Assembly (NCBI GenBank): GCA_910589265.1
Contig: CAJUTQ010000074.1
Span: 14,353 to 78,352 of the forward strand
Direction of reading: 5' to 3'
DNA: 64,000 bases
From: an uncultured Lachnospiraceae bacterium
Lineage (GTDB): Bacteria; Bacillota; Clostridia; Lachnospirales; Lachnospiraceae
Part shown: piece after piece, positions 18,995 through 27,582 of the stretch
How the letters are laid out: each line of letters opens with the position of its first letter
Position numbering within the stretch: position 1 is the stretch's first letter
The notes under the pieces: generated by a model
Told to the model about the DNA's origin: nothing
What the model saw: the letters and a program-made list of their open reading frames with translations, nothing else
The model's database searches: none
Program-made: the position numbers and the translations under genes

Positions 18995-19965
18995 AGCATA
19001 TCTGCAAAATGTATTTTCAGTCTTTTAAATATAACTGCTCCAAAGACAAACGTAGCTAATGTAACAATCCAAAAATAAGCTGTCGAATAAAATCTTTCCC
19101 AAAACCATGCTTTATATATAAAAGCCATTCTATATCCATCCACAATATACGTAAGAGGGTTTAACTTAAAAATAAAATGATACTTTTCTGGAAGCATAGG
19201 CAGACTCCACATAATCGGTGTAGCCCAAATCCCTATTTGTAAAATGATAGAAATAATCTGAGATAAGTCTCTAAAAAAGACAACGACAGAACATGTAATA
19301 TAACAAAGCCCCAGAACAAAAACAAACAAACAGAAGGTATAATAAAATACTTGCAGTGTATATAAATCTGGCTCTGAACGATAGCAGGCAAAAAGCAAAA
19401 CGGCAAAGGCAACAAAAAACAAATGTACAAACAAGGCGGAAATAATTTTGATGATAGGAAGAATGCTAATTTTAAATACTACCTTTTTCACTAAATAATT
19501 GTATTCCAACATTGCCCCTGTCCCTCCTCCTAAAGCCTCTGAAAAGAAAAACCAGGGAATGAGTCCAGCCACAAGCCATAATACAAAGGGAGTGTCTCCT
19601 ACATCTCCAGAACGCAACCCTATCTGAAAGACAAACCAATATACAACAATAGTTACAATAGGTTGAACAAAAGCCCAGAAAATTCCAAGATAAGATCCCG
19701 CATACCTAGTCTTAAAATCACTCCTTGCTAACTTCCATATCAGCTTTCTATTTTGATATAACTCTACAGGAAGAATAACCATTTTATCATAATATTTTAT
19801 AAAGAAAAAATAAATAATATCTAAAATAACACAGGATACAATCTTTTTTAAAAGTTCCTGAGTCTGATCCGCCAAAGGATTATTGTGTACTATAATATAA
19901 ACATTCAGTACAAAGATAAAAATACTGACAATTCCTATCGTTTTTACCTTCTTATTCATCTTCAT
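18991..19965 (-). CDS. Polysaccharide ABC exporter permease (Wzm/TagG-like) with a ~60-aa N-terminal extension
   Basis: ABC-2 type permease pattern RSDFKTRYAGSYLGIFWAFVQP and 6 TM segments. Typical family starts align to internal Met62 (MVILPVELYQNRKL), and the extension contains one more TM. Confidence 0.8.
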   Translation of the reverse strand: MKMNKKVKTIGIVSIFIFVLNVYIIVHNNPLADQTQELLKKIVSCVILDIIYFFFIKYYDKMVILPVELYQNRKLIWKLARSDFKTRYAGSYLGIFWAFVQPIVTIVVYWFVFQIGLRSGDVGDTPFVLWLVAGLIPWFFFSEALGGGTGAMLEYNYLVKKVVFKISILPIIKIISALFVHLFFVAFAVLLFACYRSEPDLYTLQVFYYTFCLFVFVLGLCYITCSVVVFFRDLSQIISIILQIGIWATPIMWSLPMLPEKYHFIFKLNPLTYIVDGYRMAFIYKAWFWERFYSTAYFWIVTLATFVFGAVIFKRLKIHFADML

Positions 19966-20087
19966 ACCATGCCTTTCTACAAATACTGCTTTTTCATTTC
20001 TAAAGCAGCTCCATAAATCTCCTCAGGGGCGAAATATATGCCCTCTGCCATACTCGCCCCCATTTTATTACTCATATCTTTTCTTGT

Positions 20088-20639
20088 TTATTTCTCTAAT
20101 TCTTTTATTCCACCCCATTTTTTATCTTTTTCCGATATAATGAGCTCCATATCCTTTGAAAGGGGCCAACGAATTCCAATTTCCGGATCATTCCATAAAA
20201 GTCCCCCTTCGTCATTGGGATGATAAAAATCTGTACACTTATAAGCAAATTCTGCATAATCTGAAAGCACTAAAAATCCATGGGCAAATCCTTTTGGGAC
20301 AAAAAACATTTTCTTGTTTTCTTCAGAAAGATGAACTCCATACCATTGTCCATAGGTGGGAGAACCCCACCTTAAATCTACAGCCACATCAAATACTTCC
20401 CCTCTAATAACTCTGACAAGCTTATCCTGAGGAAACTGTAGCTGAAAATGCAAGCCCCGAAGCACCCCTTTTTTTGATGCGGACTGATTGTCCTGGACAA
20501 AGGTTACATCTATCCCTGCCTCCTTAAAATCATGATAATGATATGTTTCCATAAAGTAGCCTCGCTCATCACCAAAAACTGTTGGCAAAATGACCTTAAG
20601 ACCGTCAATATGGCAAGTCTCCACTTTAATTTTTCCCAT
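20088..20639 (-). CDS. rfbC: dTDP-4-dehydrorhamnose 3,5-epimerase
   Basis: RmlC cupin motifs FGDERGYFMETY, RGLHFQ and VPKGFAHGF. Start moved to the ATG preceded by GGAGGAG; the ORF track begins at a TTG at 20654. Confidence 0.9.
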   Translation of the reverse strand: MGKIKVETCHIDGLKVILPTVFGDERGYFMETYHYHDFKEAGIDVTFVQDNQSASKKGVLRGLHFQLQFPQDKLVRVIRGEVFDVAVDLRWGSPTYGQWYGVHLSEENKKMFFVPKGFAHGFLVLSDYAEFAYKCTDFYHPNDEGGLLWNDPEIGIRWPLSKDMELIISEKDKKWGGIKELEK

Positions 20640-20661
20640 TTTCCACTCCTCCAAACATACC

Positions 20662-22839
20662 TCAATATCCTAAGTAACTTTGATTGCAGTCTACATAACC
20701 TTTAATTCCTTGAATAGTTCCTTTGGATGTATACTGCCATAAATCATAGCGTCCTTTGTAAGTAGGCCCACTTGTATTGTACTGTGCAAGCCATATTTTA
20801 TAGCTCCCCAAAGCCGAAGCGTTCATATGAGATGTAAGCCACGTTTTATTGGCATAAACTCCTGGTGTATAACCGCCTCCCCGAATCGTTTCGCAGAAGG
20901 CTCTTATAATGTTTGTCCTTGTTCCTGCATCTAAAAAGTCAGCTCTTGGGCCGCTTTCTACATCCATAAAAATAGGATAATCTAATCCATATCCTTTGCA
21001 CAAAGCAATACACATACTCGCCTCCTCCACTGCTTCAGCCTCGGTTACTGCCTGAGTAAAGAAGTAAACGCCTACTTTCAATCCAGCTGCCTTTGCACCA
21101 GAAATATTTTTCTTAAAGGTAGGATCCTCTATAAGCGCTCCTGTGGAAGATCCCCTGTAACCACATCTTATAATAACATAGCTGACTCCAGAAGCCCTTA
21201 CTGCTCTCCAATCAATGGAACCATTCCATTTTGATACGTCAATACCAAAGGTTCCAGAACTTTGATTTAAGCTTCCATCTGAACCAAAATGGTACGTAAC
21301 CCCTCCAATAATTTGATCTCCTGTAACGGGCGTTCCATCAGACAGAAAATAATAAGTCTTTCCTTCTATTGTTTGCCACCCTGTATATTTATATGTAGAT
21401 TTCGTACTTTCCACTTTGGAATAATAGGCTCTTAAATCATTTGCCCAGTCTTCTCCTGTAGCTTCTACATATTCTTCTCCCACTTTCTTATAGAGCACAT
21501 TCCCTTTCTCATCTGTTAATTTTCCGTCCCTTTGGATCGAAGCTTCCCGATAGATGGCTGTCACTGTCAAATCCTTTGTAACATTGGAAAAGTCCTGATC
21601 CCATTTCTCAAATATGTAACCTTCTCTAGAAGGATGATTAGGCGCATTTGCCCCCTGGCCTTCCTCAACAGTTTCCTTATGTATTTCCCTTCCATCAAAA
21701 TCCTTGAATACTACAGTAAATGTCTGTTTTTTGGGAGGCTCTGTATTTGTTGTATTGTTTTCACTGACTGTTTGGTTTTCCCCTTCCTGTCCAGTATCTG
21801 CTGTTGCTAGTAAATCTCCTAAAAAGGGCATCCCTGCTGCTCCAAGAATTTGCATTCTTCCCTTCCTTGAAGAGGCAACTTCTTTTGGAACGTTTACTTT
21901 ACCTGTATATTCTATATATTCCACAACAGCTTCTGATGCAATTTCTGTTTTCGTAGATTCCAACCACTCTACGGTATCTTTTTGTACTGGTCCCGTCTCT
22001 TCGATCACATTATTGTGTTCAGTATCTTCCACTGCCACATTTACTTCTGTCTCTTTCTTAATCTCACTTTTTATCTCAGCAATTGCCTTATATTCCAGCT
22101 GTCCTTTCACTGCCACCTGGACATGAGATTTTGGCCATACATAATCTTCCTGTCCTTCTTCTTTTACAAGTGCAACTGTATAACTGCCTGGTTCTAATTT
22201 TTGTATATATATAACAGCGTCTTTGTCTTCATCTGTGTATTCCTTTTCCCCATTGTTAGAATGATTAACCAAAACTCTCCATGGGAAATCTTTGACCAGT
22301 CTTCCATTCTGATCCACAATTTTTATTTTCAAATCTTTATCCAGAGACGTTAATTCCAAACTTAAATACGTTTTTTCCTCTATTGCTTCCTCTATCTCAT
22401 CCATTTCCTGCTCTTCTTCAATTTCAGGATTCTCTTCCACAATAATCTCCTCTTTTAAAGGAAGAACTTGATAATTCACTGTATTCATAGGAGAGGACAG
22501 CTTAGCTGCTCTGGCTGCTTCTATCTCTTGGAGTCTTGCTGTCCTCTTCTGATCCTGGGTGTAATTATAATAAACAACCCCCGTTCCAATAGCCGTCAAA
22601 AACAAGGCGACAACTGCCGCCGCCATAACAAACTGTATCAGGCTCAAACTTCTCACCCCTTGGAGAAGCCCCCTTTTTTTCCCTCTTTCTATTCTCTTTC
22701 TATCTTGCTCTTCTTGTAAATAATATATTCCCTTCTCTTCTTCCCAACTGTCTCCAAACTCTTCCTTCTGATAATACTCTAATTTTTCTTTACAACAATC
22801 TTTTTGTAACTCCTTTTGTCTTTTCCATATTTTTTTCAT
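20662..22839 (-). CDS. Membrane-anchored GH25 muramidase with cell-wall-binding and Listeria-Bacteroides-type repeats
   Basis: 725 aa with an N-terminal TM segment (SLIQFVMAAAVVALFLTAIGTGVVYY). It has a TVVFKDFDGREI...GYIFEKWDQDF repeat, GWQTIEGKTYYFLSDGTPVTGDQIIGGVTYHFGSDG wall-binding repeats, and a C-terminal GIDVSKWNGSIDW...DLWQYTS GH25 core. Confidence 0.85.
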   Translation of the reverse strand: MKKIWKRQKELQKDCCKEKLEYYQKEEFGDSWEEEKGIYYLQEEQDRKRIERGKKRGLLQGVRSLSLIQFVMAAAVVALFLTAIGTGVVYYNYTQDQKRTARLQEIEAARAAKLSSPMNTVNYQVLPLKEEIIVEENPEIEEEQEMDEIEEAIEEKTYLSLELTSLDKDLKIKIVDQNGRLVKDFPWRVLVNHSNNGEKEYTDEDKDAVIYIQKLEPGSYTVALVKEEGQEDYVWPKSHVQVAVKGQLEYKAIAEIKSEIKKETEVNVAVEDTEHNNVIEETGPVQKDTVEWLESTKTEIASEAVVEYIEYTGKVNVPKEVASSRKGRMQILGAAGMPFLGDLLATADTGQEGENQTVSENNTTNTEPPKKQTFTVVFKDFDGREIHKETVEEGQGANAPNHPSREGYIFEKWDQDFSNVTKDLTVTAIYREASIQRDGKLTDEKGNVLYKKVGEEYVEATGEDWANDLRAYYSKVESTKSTYKYTGWQTIEGKTYYFLSDGTPVTGDQIIGGVTYHFGSDGSLNQSSGTFGIDVSKWNGSIDWRAVRASGVSYVIIRCGYRGSSTGALIEDPTFKKNISGAKAAGLKVGVYFFTQAVTEAEAVEEASMCIALCKGYGLDYPIFMDVESGPRADFLDAGTRTNIIRAFCETIRGGGYTPGVYANKTWLTSHMNASALGSYKIWLAQYNTSGPTYKGRYDLWQYTSKGTIQGIKGYVDCNQSYLGY

Positions 22840-22862
22840 ACCCTTCTCTTATCCCTTCCTTA

Positions 22863-23732
22863 TTATAACCCATTGGCAATGTCTAATAAGTACTGTCCAT
22901 ATTCCGTCTTATTTAATCCCTCTGCCAGTAACACCAGCTGTTCTTTATTAATAAATCCCTTTTTATAAGCTATCTCCTCAATACAGGAAATATACAGCCC
23001 CTGTCTTTTTTGGAATGCTGCGACAAAATCAGCTGCCTCTAAGAGAGAATCATGATTCCCTGTATCAAGCCAAGCAAAACCTCTTCCTAATGTTTCCACC
23101 TGTAAAGTTCCCCTTTTGAGATATTCATTATTTACAGCTGTAATTTCTAGCTCTCCCCTTCCTGAAGGCTGAATTCCTTTGGCAATGGATACGACATTGT
23201 TATCATAAAAATAGAGGCCTGGAACTGCATAATTTGATCTAGGCTTCTTAGGCTTTTCCTCAATAGACAGGGCCTTTCCCCTTTCATCAAACTCCACAAC
23301 CCCATATTCTTTTGGATCTTTTACATAATAGCCAAAAATGGTAGCCCCTTCTTTTCTGGAAGCAGCCTCTGCCAATACTTTAGAGAAACTTTGTCCATAA
23401 AAAATATTGTCTCCCAACACTAGAGCGACCTGGTCTTTGCCAATAAAACCTTCCCCAATTAAAAAAGCTTCAGCAAGTCCTCTTGGCTCCTCTTGTATCC
23501 CATAAAAGAGAGTCAAGCCTAATTGTTTTCCATCTCCTAGAAGTTCTTGAAAAACTGGCAAATCCCTTGGCGTAGAAATGATAAGTATTTCTCGTATTCC
23601 TGCCAGCATTAAGGTTGACAAAGGGTAATAAATCATAGGCTTGTCATAAACTGGCATAATCTGCTTTGATACTGCTTTTGTCAACGGATAAAGCCTTGTC
23701 CCAGCTCCCCCTGCTAAAACAATTCCCTTCAT
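22863..23732 (-). CDS. rfbA: Glucose-1-phosphate thymidylyltransferase
   Basis: [26 protein letters not shown] and [19 protein letters not shown] are classic RmlA blocks. Confidence 0.95.
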   Translation of the reverse strand: MKGIVLAGGAGTRLYPLTKAVSKQIMPVYDKPMIYYPLSTLMLAGIREILIISTPRDLPVFQELLGDGKQLGLTLFYGIQEEPRGLAEAFLIGEGFIGKDQVALVLGDNIFYGQSFSKVLAEAASRKEGATIFGYYVKDPKEYGVVEFDERGKALSIEEKPKKPRSNYAVPGLYFYDNNVVSIAKGIQPSGRGELEITAVNNEYLKRGTLQVETLGRGFAWLDTGNHDSLLEAADFVAAFQKRQGLYISCIEEIAYKKGFINKEQLVLLAEGLNKTEYGQYLLDIANGL

Positions 23733-24820
23733 TCTCCATCCTCCCTAAACTGGTACATCTCTTCGTAATATTTCTGGTAATCTTTACTTGTCACCCTGTC
23801 CATCCATTCTGCGTTCTCAAAATACCATGCAATTGTTTTGCGAATGCCATCTGCAAACATTGTTTCAGGAACCCAGCCAATCTCAGACTTAATCTTATCT
23901 GGAGCTATAGCATATCTCCTGTCATGTCCCTTTCTATCCTCTACATACGTAATCAGCTCCTCGCTGATCCTCTCTTTTCTTGGATCCCCCTCTGGAAGCA
24001 TATCTTTTAATGTGTCCAATATAATATGGACAATTTCAATATTCTGCTTCTCATTATGCCCTCCAATATTATATGTCTGCCCAAGGCTGCCCAGTTCTTG
24101 CACCATATCAATTGCCTTTACATGATCTCTTACATAGAGCCAGTCCCGTACATTTTTTCCATCTCCATAGACGGGAAGCTTCTTTCCCAAAAGAGCATTG
24201 TGAATAATTAAAGGGATCAACTTTTCCGGAAACTGATAAGGTCCATAATTATTACTACAATTGGTAATATTGGCTGGAAACTTATATGTGTCAATATAAC
24301 TTTTTACAAGCATATCAGAAGAGGCTTTGCTAGCAGAATAAGGACTGTGGGGATCATAGGGAGTTGTCTCATAAAAGTATTCCCCTGCTCTTTCCAAAGA
24401 GCCATACACCTCGTCAGTAGATACATGAAGAAACTTTTTTCCCTGGACATATCCTTCTCCTTCAGTCCATGCATTTTTCGCACAGTCAAGGAGAATTAAT
24501 GTACCTAAGACATTAGTTTTTACAAATATTTCCGGGCTGCGGATACTCCTATCTACATGGCTCTCTGCAGCAAAATGTACAACTCTGTCTATGTCATTTT
24601 CCTCAAATATTTTGGAAATGGCTTCTCTATCACAAATATCAGCTTTTATAAACGTATAATTTCTACGTTTTTCCACATCCTTTAAATTTTCCAAATTTCC
24701 TGCATATGTTAAAGCATCCACATTAATTATACGAATGCTGTCATTGTATTTTTGAAACATATAATGGATATAGTTTGCTCCAATAAAACCAGCTCCACCA
24801 GTTACTAGATATGTTTTCAT
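23729..24820 (-). CDS. rfbB: dTDP-glucose 4,6-dehydratase
   Basis: [26 protein letters not shown] and YSASKASSD (the SDR YxxxK). Start set at the ATG preceded by GGAGGAAATAAGG; the ORF track start at 24844 adds 8 aa. Confidence 0.95.
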   Translation of the reverse strand: MKTYLVTGGAGFIGANYIHYMFQKYNDSIRIINVDALTYAGNLENLKDVEKRRNYTFIKADICDREAISKIFEENDIDRVVHFAAESHVDRSIRSPEIFVKTNVLGTLILLDCAKNAWTEGEGYVQGKKFLHVSTDEVYGSLERAGEYFYETTPYDPHSPYSASKASSDMLVKSYIDTYKFPANITNCSNNYGPYQFPEKLIPLIIHNALLGKKLPVYGDGKNVRDWLYVRDHVKAIDMVQELGSLGQTYNIGGHNEKQNIEIVHIILDTLKDMLPEGDPRKERISEELITYVEDRKGHDRRYAIAPDKIKSEIGWVPETMFADGIRKTIAWYFENAEWMDRVTSKDYQKYYEEMYQFREDGE

Positions 24821-24879
24821 CCTTATTTCCTCCAAGCTCTGCACAAATGTCTTTACTCTTAATATTTATATTCCGTCAT

Positions 24880-24908
24880 ATTATACCATTATATATAGTG
24901 GAATTCAA
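24880..24908 (-). promoter_or_regulatory. Candidate sigma-A promoter for the rfbB operon
   Basis: The minus strand reads TTGAAT, a 17-nt spacer, then TATAAT, about 60 nt upstream of the rfbB ATG and just downstream of a terminator. Confidence 0.5.
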
Positions 24909-24932
24909 TAAGATTTCAATATACAAAACACA

Positions 24933-24966
24933 AAAGAGACTGAACACATAATGGATCAGTCTCTTT
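24933..24966 (-). terminator. Intrinsic terminator after the Spo0A-C-like gene
   Basis: 11-bp perfect stem AAAGAGACTGA/TCAGTCTCTTT with a 12-nt loop, followed on the minus strand by TGTGTTTTGT. It starts 6 nt after the stop codon. Confidence 0.7.
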
Positions 24967-24972
24967 CTTTTT

Positions 24973-25353
24973 TTAACAAGCCATACTATTAAGCCTAATT
25001 CTATCAGCAATCTGGACCATATACTCAGAATTGCACGGCTTTCTTCTTCCTCCGGCAATAGAATAACCAAAATATTTCTCAAAAGCTTCTATGTTTCCTC
25101 TGGCCCAGGATACCTCCACAGCATTTCTTATAGAACGCTCTACCTTGGACACAGTTGTCCCATGTTTCTTTGCAATATCATAATATAAAACTTTCGTAAT
25201 AGAATGGGCAATTTCCATGTCTTCTACAAGCATCATGATTGCCTCCCGAATATAACCATATCCCTTCAAATGGGCAGGAACGCCAAATTCGTGCAAAATC
25301 TCTGTTACCTGCCACTCTAATTCTATGTTTTTTCTATCTTTTACAATTATCAT
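24973..25353 (-). CDS. Stand-alone Spo0A C-terminal (effector/DNA-binding) domain protein with no receiver domain
   Basis: HEFGVPAHLKGYGYIREAIMMLVEDMEIAHSITKVLYYDIAKKHGTTVSKVERSIRNAVEVSWARGNIEAFEKYFGY aligns block-for-block with my memory of the B. subtilis Spo0A C-domain (GVPAHIKGYLYLREAI...[36 protein letters not shown]). Start set at the ATG after AAGGAGG. Confidence 0.85.
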   Translation of the reverse strand: MIIVKDRKNIELEWQVTEILHEFGVPAHLKGYGYIREAIMMLVEDMEIAHSITKVLYYDIAKKHGTTVSKVERSIRNAVEVSWARGNIEAFEKYFGYSIAGGRRKPCNSEYMVQIADRIRLNSMAC

Positions 25354-25433
25354 TGTCGCCTCCTTATTGTTTCTTCCCTTTTTCCCTAATTTATCACATG
25401 CATGTAAAAATCTCATTATCTGCCAGCAAATTT

Positions 25434-25462
25434 ATTGTATCATAAATGTAAATATTTGTAAA
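25434..25462 (-). promoter_or_regulatory. Candidate extended -10 promoter for the Spo0A-C-like gene
   Basis: The minus strand reads TTTACA, a 17-nt spacer, then TACAAT, with TG one nt upstream of the -10. A 10-nt palindrome ACATGCATGT (25397-25406) lies in the 5' UTR. Confidence 0.45.
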
Positions 25463-25508
25463 TACTCACTTCCTATTTTTTTACAGTTCTTATTTTTTCG
25501 CTGCCTTT

Positions 25509-25940
25509 CTACCAAAAATCTTTCAGATTATTACTTTCATATAAATATTCAACATATTCCTCACTATCCACATATCGAAATAAGTCATAGGCTTCATTTT
25601 CTGAAATAGGGATTTTTTCCTTATCTGTCACATTGTAAAGTTCTCTTTCCATCGCATAAGTATACTTATCTTTGTTTACTACAATGCCACGGACAATAAA
25701 CTCTACTTCGATTTCCCTGTAATGGATGTGATCATCTGTGACATATACTTTAAAGCCATATTTATGCCCATAGAAAGCTGTCTGTTTATTAGCTATTCTC
25801 TCATAGAGATGTCCGTCCACTTTTTCATCCATAAATGTAGGGATTGCTTCATCCCACAATAGTGTCAATTCATCCGATGCTGCATTTGTAATTTGTCTGG
25901 CACTTACTTTAACCATTTTCTTTGGTGCCGGCATATTCAT
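25509..25940 (-). CDS. Hypothetical protein (143 aa), no recognisable family
   Basis: Clean ORF 18 nt downstream of the priming transferase stop. No TM segments and no motif I can assign. Confidence 0.6.
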   Translation of the reverse strand: MNMPAPKKMVKVSARQITNAASDELTLLWDEAIPTFMDEKVDGHLYERIANKQTAFYGHKYGFKVYVTDDHIHYREIEVEFIVRGIVVNKDKYTYAMERELYNVTDKEKIPISENEAYDLFRYVDSEEYVEYLYESNNLKDFW

Positions 25941-25958
25941 TCCTCTCTTCCGTTTAGC

Positions 25959-27395
25959 TTACTTTGCCCCATCCCCTCGGATTACTACACCAATTGTTTT
26001 CATTAAAATTTTTAGATCAAGCCCCAGGGACCAATTATCAATATACTCAACATCCATGCGGACAACTTCTTCAAAATCCGTAACTTTACTTCTGCCGCTA
26101 ATCTGCCATAGCCCTGTCAATCCCGGGGTTATGCTCAACCGCCGCTTATGATAACTTCTGTATTTTTCAAATTCATCCAACGTTGGAGGTCTGGTACCCA
26201 CAAGGCTCATATCCCCCTTTAATACATTAAAAAACTGAGGACATTCGTCTAAGCTTGTCTTCCTTAATATTCTACCCACCTTAGTAATTCTTGGATCATC
26301 TGTTATTTTAAACATAAATCCATCTGCTTCATTTTTTTCTAAAAGCTCCTTTTTTCTAACGTCAGCGTCCACATACATGGAACGGAATTTATACATTTTA
26401 AAAAATCTTCCGTTCTTTCCAACACGAATTTGGGAATAAAAAACAGGTCCTTTTGATTCTAGTTTAATTGCTGGCCCAAAGATTACTGCAATGAGCAAAG
26501 TGAAGAAACAACCAATAAGGGAACCTAGTATGTCCATTAATCTTTTTAAAATAAGGCGTCGCATAGGCATAATTTGGTTTGCTAAAGTGACTGCATAAAG
26601 AGAGCCAAATTTTGATACCGTTTTTTGAGCTCCAATATGAAAACTGTACAAATCAATATTCATGTGTATTGTAATTCCCATAGAATATAGTTTTTTCACA
26701 AGCCTAATCGTATCTTTTTCTGGATAACCTTTTGTGTAAAAATAAGCCTCATCTAAATAAGAGCCTTTGCAGTACTCAATCAAATTTCTTCGATCTGCCA
26801 CTACTGGCACTCCCTGTATCCTTTTCCCAATCTGGTTTTTGTCTAAAACAGCAGCAGCAGCTACCTTATACTCCCAATTTTTTTCTGATAGCAAAGCCTG
26901 AATAGCTTGTTCTGAAATTTGATCTAAAGTAACTAACAAAAGCTGCCTGTTTTTTTTACTATTTTTATAAATATGAAGCCAATAATATTTTAGTCCTTGA
27001 TGGCTCACATACATAAAGAAGCAGTTGATGCAAAAAAACAGTACCATTACCCCGCGGGAAAATTCCATAACAATACGTGTAAAATAAATACTACAAATTG
27101 AAATAAGCATCATAATACCATTGACTTTTACTACGCTAATCCCTTCAACGATATATCCTCTCATCACAAAGTCTCGATTCATATTCACTGCCAGATAAAG
27201 AAATAAATAGCTTAAAATAAGTAGAGCAAGCACTCCAAGAATGGAGCCCTGCCCTCCAAACTTCAAAAATGAATGGTGTCGTATAAAATTAGATATAAAA
27301 AAGCTGGTCATAATGGCAATGCAGTCTATCCCAATAATGTATAAATTCTGCATATTATTTTTATTTTGAAACATAGCTCTTCCCTGATAAGCCAC
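25959..27395 (-). CDS. Polyprenyl-phosphate hexose-1-phosphate transferase (WbaP/CpsE-type priming enzyme)
   Basis: 478 aa with 4-5 N-terminal TM segments, a central linker and the C-terminal bacterial sugar-transferase core KRLMDILGSLIG...GKNGRFFKMYKFRSM...DECPQFFNVLKGDMSLVGTRP. Confidence 0.9.
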   Translation of the reverse strand: MAYQGRAMFQNKNNMQNLYIIGIDCIAIMTSFFISNFIRHHSFLKFGGQGSILGVLALLILSYLFLYLAVNMNRDFVMRGYIVEGISVVKVNGIMMLISICSIYFTRIVMEFSRGVMVLFFCINCFFMYVSHQGLKYYWLHIYKNSKKNRQLLLVTLDQISEQAIQALLSEKNWEYKVAAAAVLDKNQIGKRIQGVPVVADRRNLIEYCKGSYLDEAYFYTKGYPEKDTIRLVKKLYSMGITIHMNIDLYSFHIGAQKTVSKFGSLYAVTLANQIMPMRRLILKRLMDILGSLIGCFFTLLIAVIFGPAIKLESKGPVFYSQIRVGKNGRFFKMYKFRSMYVDADVRKKELLEKNEADGFMFKITDDPRITKVGRILRKTSLDECPQFFNVLKGDMSLVGTRPPTLDEFEKYRSYHKRRLSITPGLTGLWQISGRSKVTDFEEVVRMDVEYIDNWSLGLDLKILMKTIGVVIRGDGAK

Positions 27396-27576
27396 CTTTC
27401 TTTTACAATTTTCCTTAAACGGACATGTCGCCTGATGGCGGCACCACCATAAATGAAAGTCCGCTGTTTCGGGCCTATGGCTCTTTCACAGCTGCTGCCT
27501 GTATTCATGATCTGACCTATCGGCCTACTCATTCATACAGGCTAGCCCGTCAAATGTTAGGACTTTCACAGTAATT
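27396..27576 (-). promoter_or_regulatory. GC-rich structured 5' leader of the priming-transferase operon (unclassified cis-RNA candidate)
   Basis: A 9-bp long-range helix TGAAAGTCC (27560-27568) / GGACTTTCA (27454-27462) encloses the hairpin CCTGTAT..ATACAGG (27498-27541) and a GCTGT/ACAGC helix. Downstream GCCGCC is complementary to the RBS GGTGGC. Confidence 0.45.
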
Positions 27577-27582
27577 AAGGCA

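Noticed and set aside
19233-19430. 65-aa same-strand alternative-frame ORF inside the Wzm permease gene
   Set aside because: It is nested out of frame in a gene with clear ABC-2 permease motifs.
20088-24820. A hidden rmlD within or next to the rml genes
   Set aside because: No ORF in the window shows the RmlD SDR pattern (about 280-300 aa, GxxGxxG plus YxxxK with a dTDP-sugar context). The absence is reported as a finding rather than forcing a call.
24876-25082. 68-aa minus-strand ORF overlapping the 3' end of the Spo0A-C-like gene and its terminator
   Set aside because: It is in an alternative frame of a well-supported gene, runs through the terminator hairpin and the rfbB promoter, and has no motifs.
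27326-27532. 68-aa minus-strand ORF overlapping the leader and the start of the priming transferase
   Set aside because: It overlaps the better-supported WbaP-type start and spans the helices of the structured leader. It has no RBS and no recognisable protein features.
27556-27568. 13-nt identity (GTGAAAGTCCTAA) between the leader and intron B domain I (40092-40104), suggesting the leader is an intron fragment
   Set aside because: No other intron blocks (GAATCTGAAGGAAG, domain V, 5' GTGYG) occur near 27.5 kb. The shared string is short, so I treat it as coincidence unless a covariance-model scan says otherwise.
27396-27576. Leader as a cobalamin riboswitch, T-box, RNase P fragment, hammerhead or c-di-GMP riboswitch
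   Set aside because: GTGAAAGTCC resembles the GGTGAnAATCC block of B12 elements, but there is no B12 box (GCCACTG). ATGGTGGTGCCGCC matches the T-box 14-mer at only about 11/14, and there are no Stem I/specifier features or terminator. CTGATGG...GAAA on the plus strand lacks hammerhead stem II pairing. No GEMM-type motifs are present.
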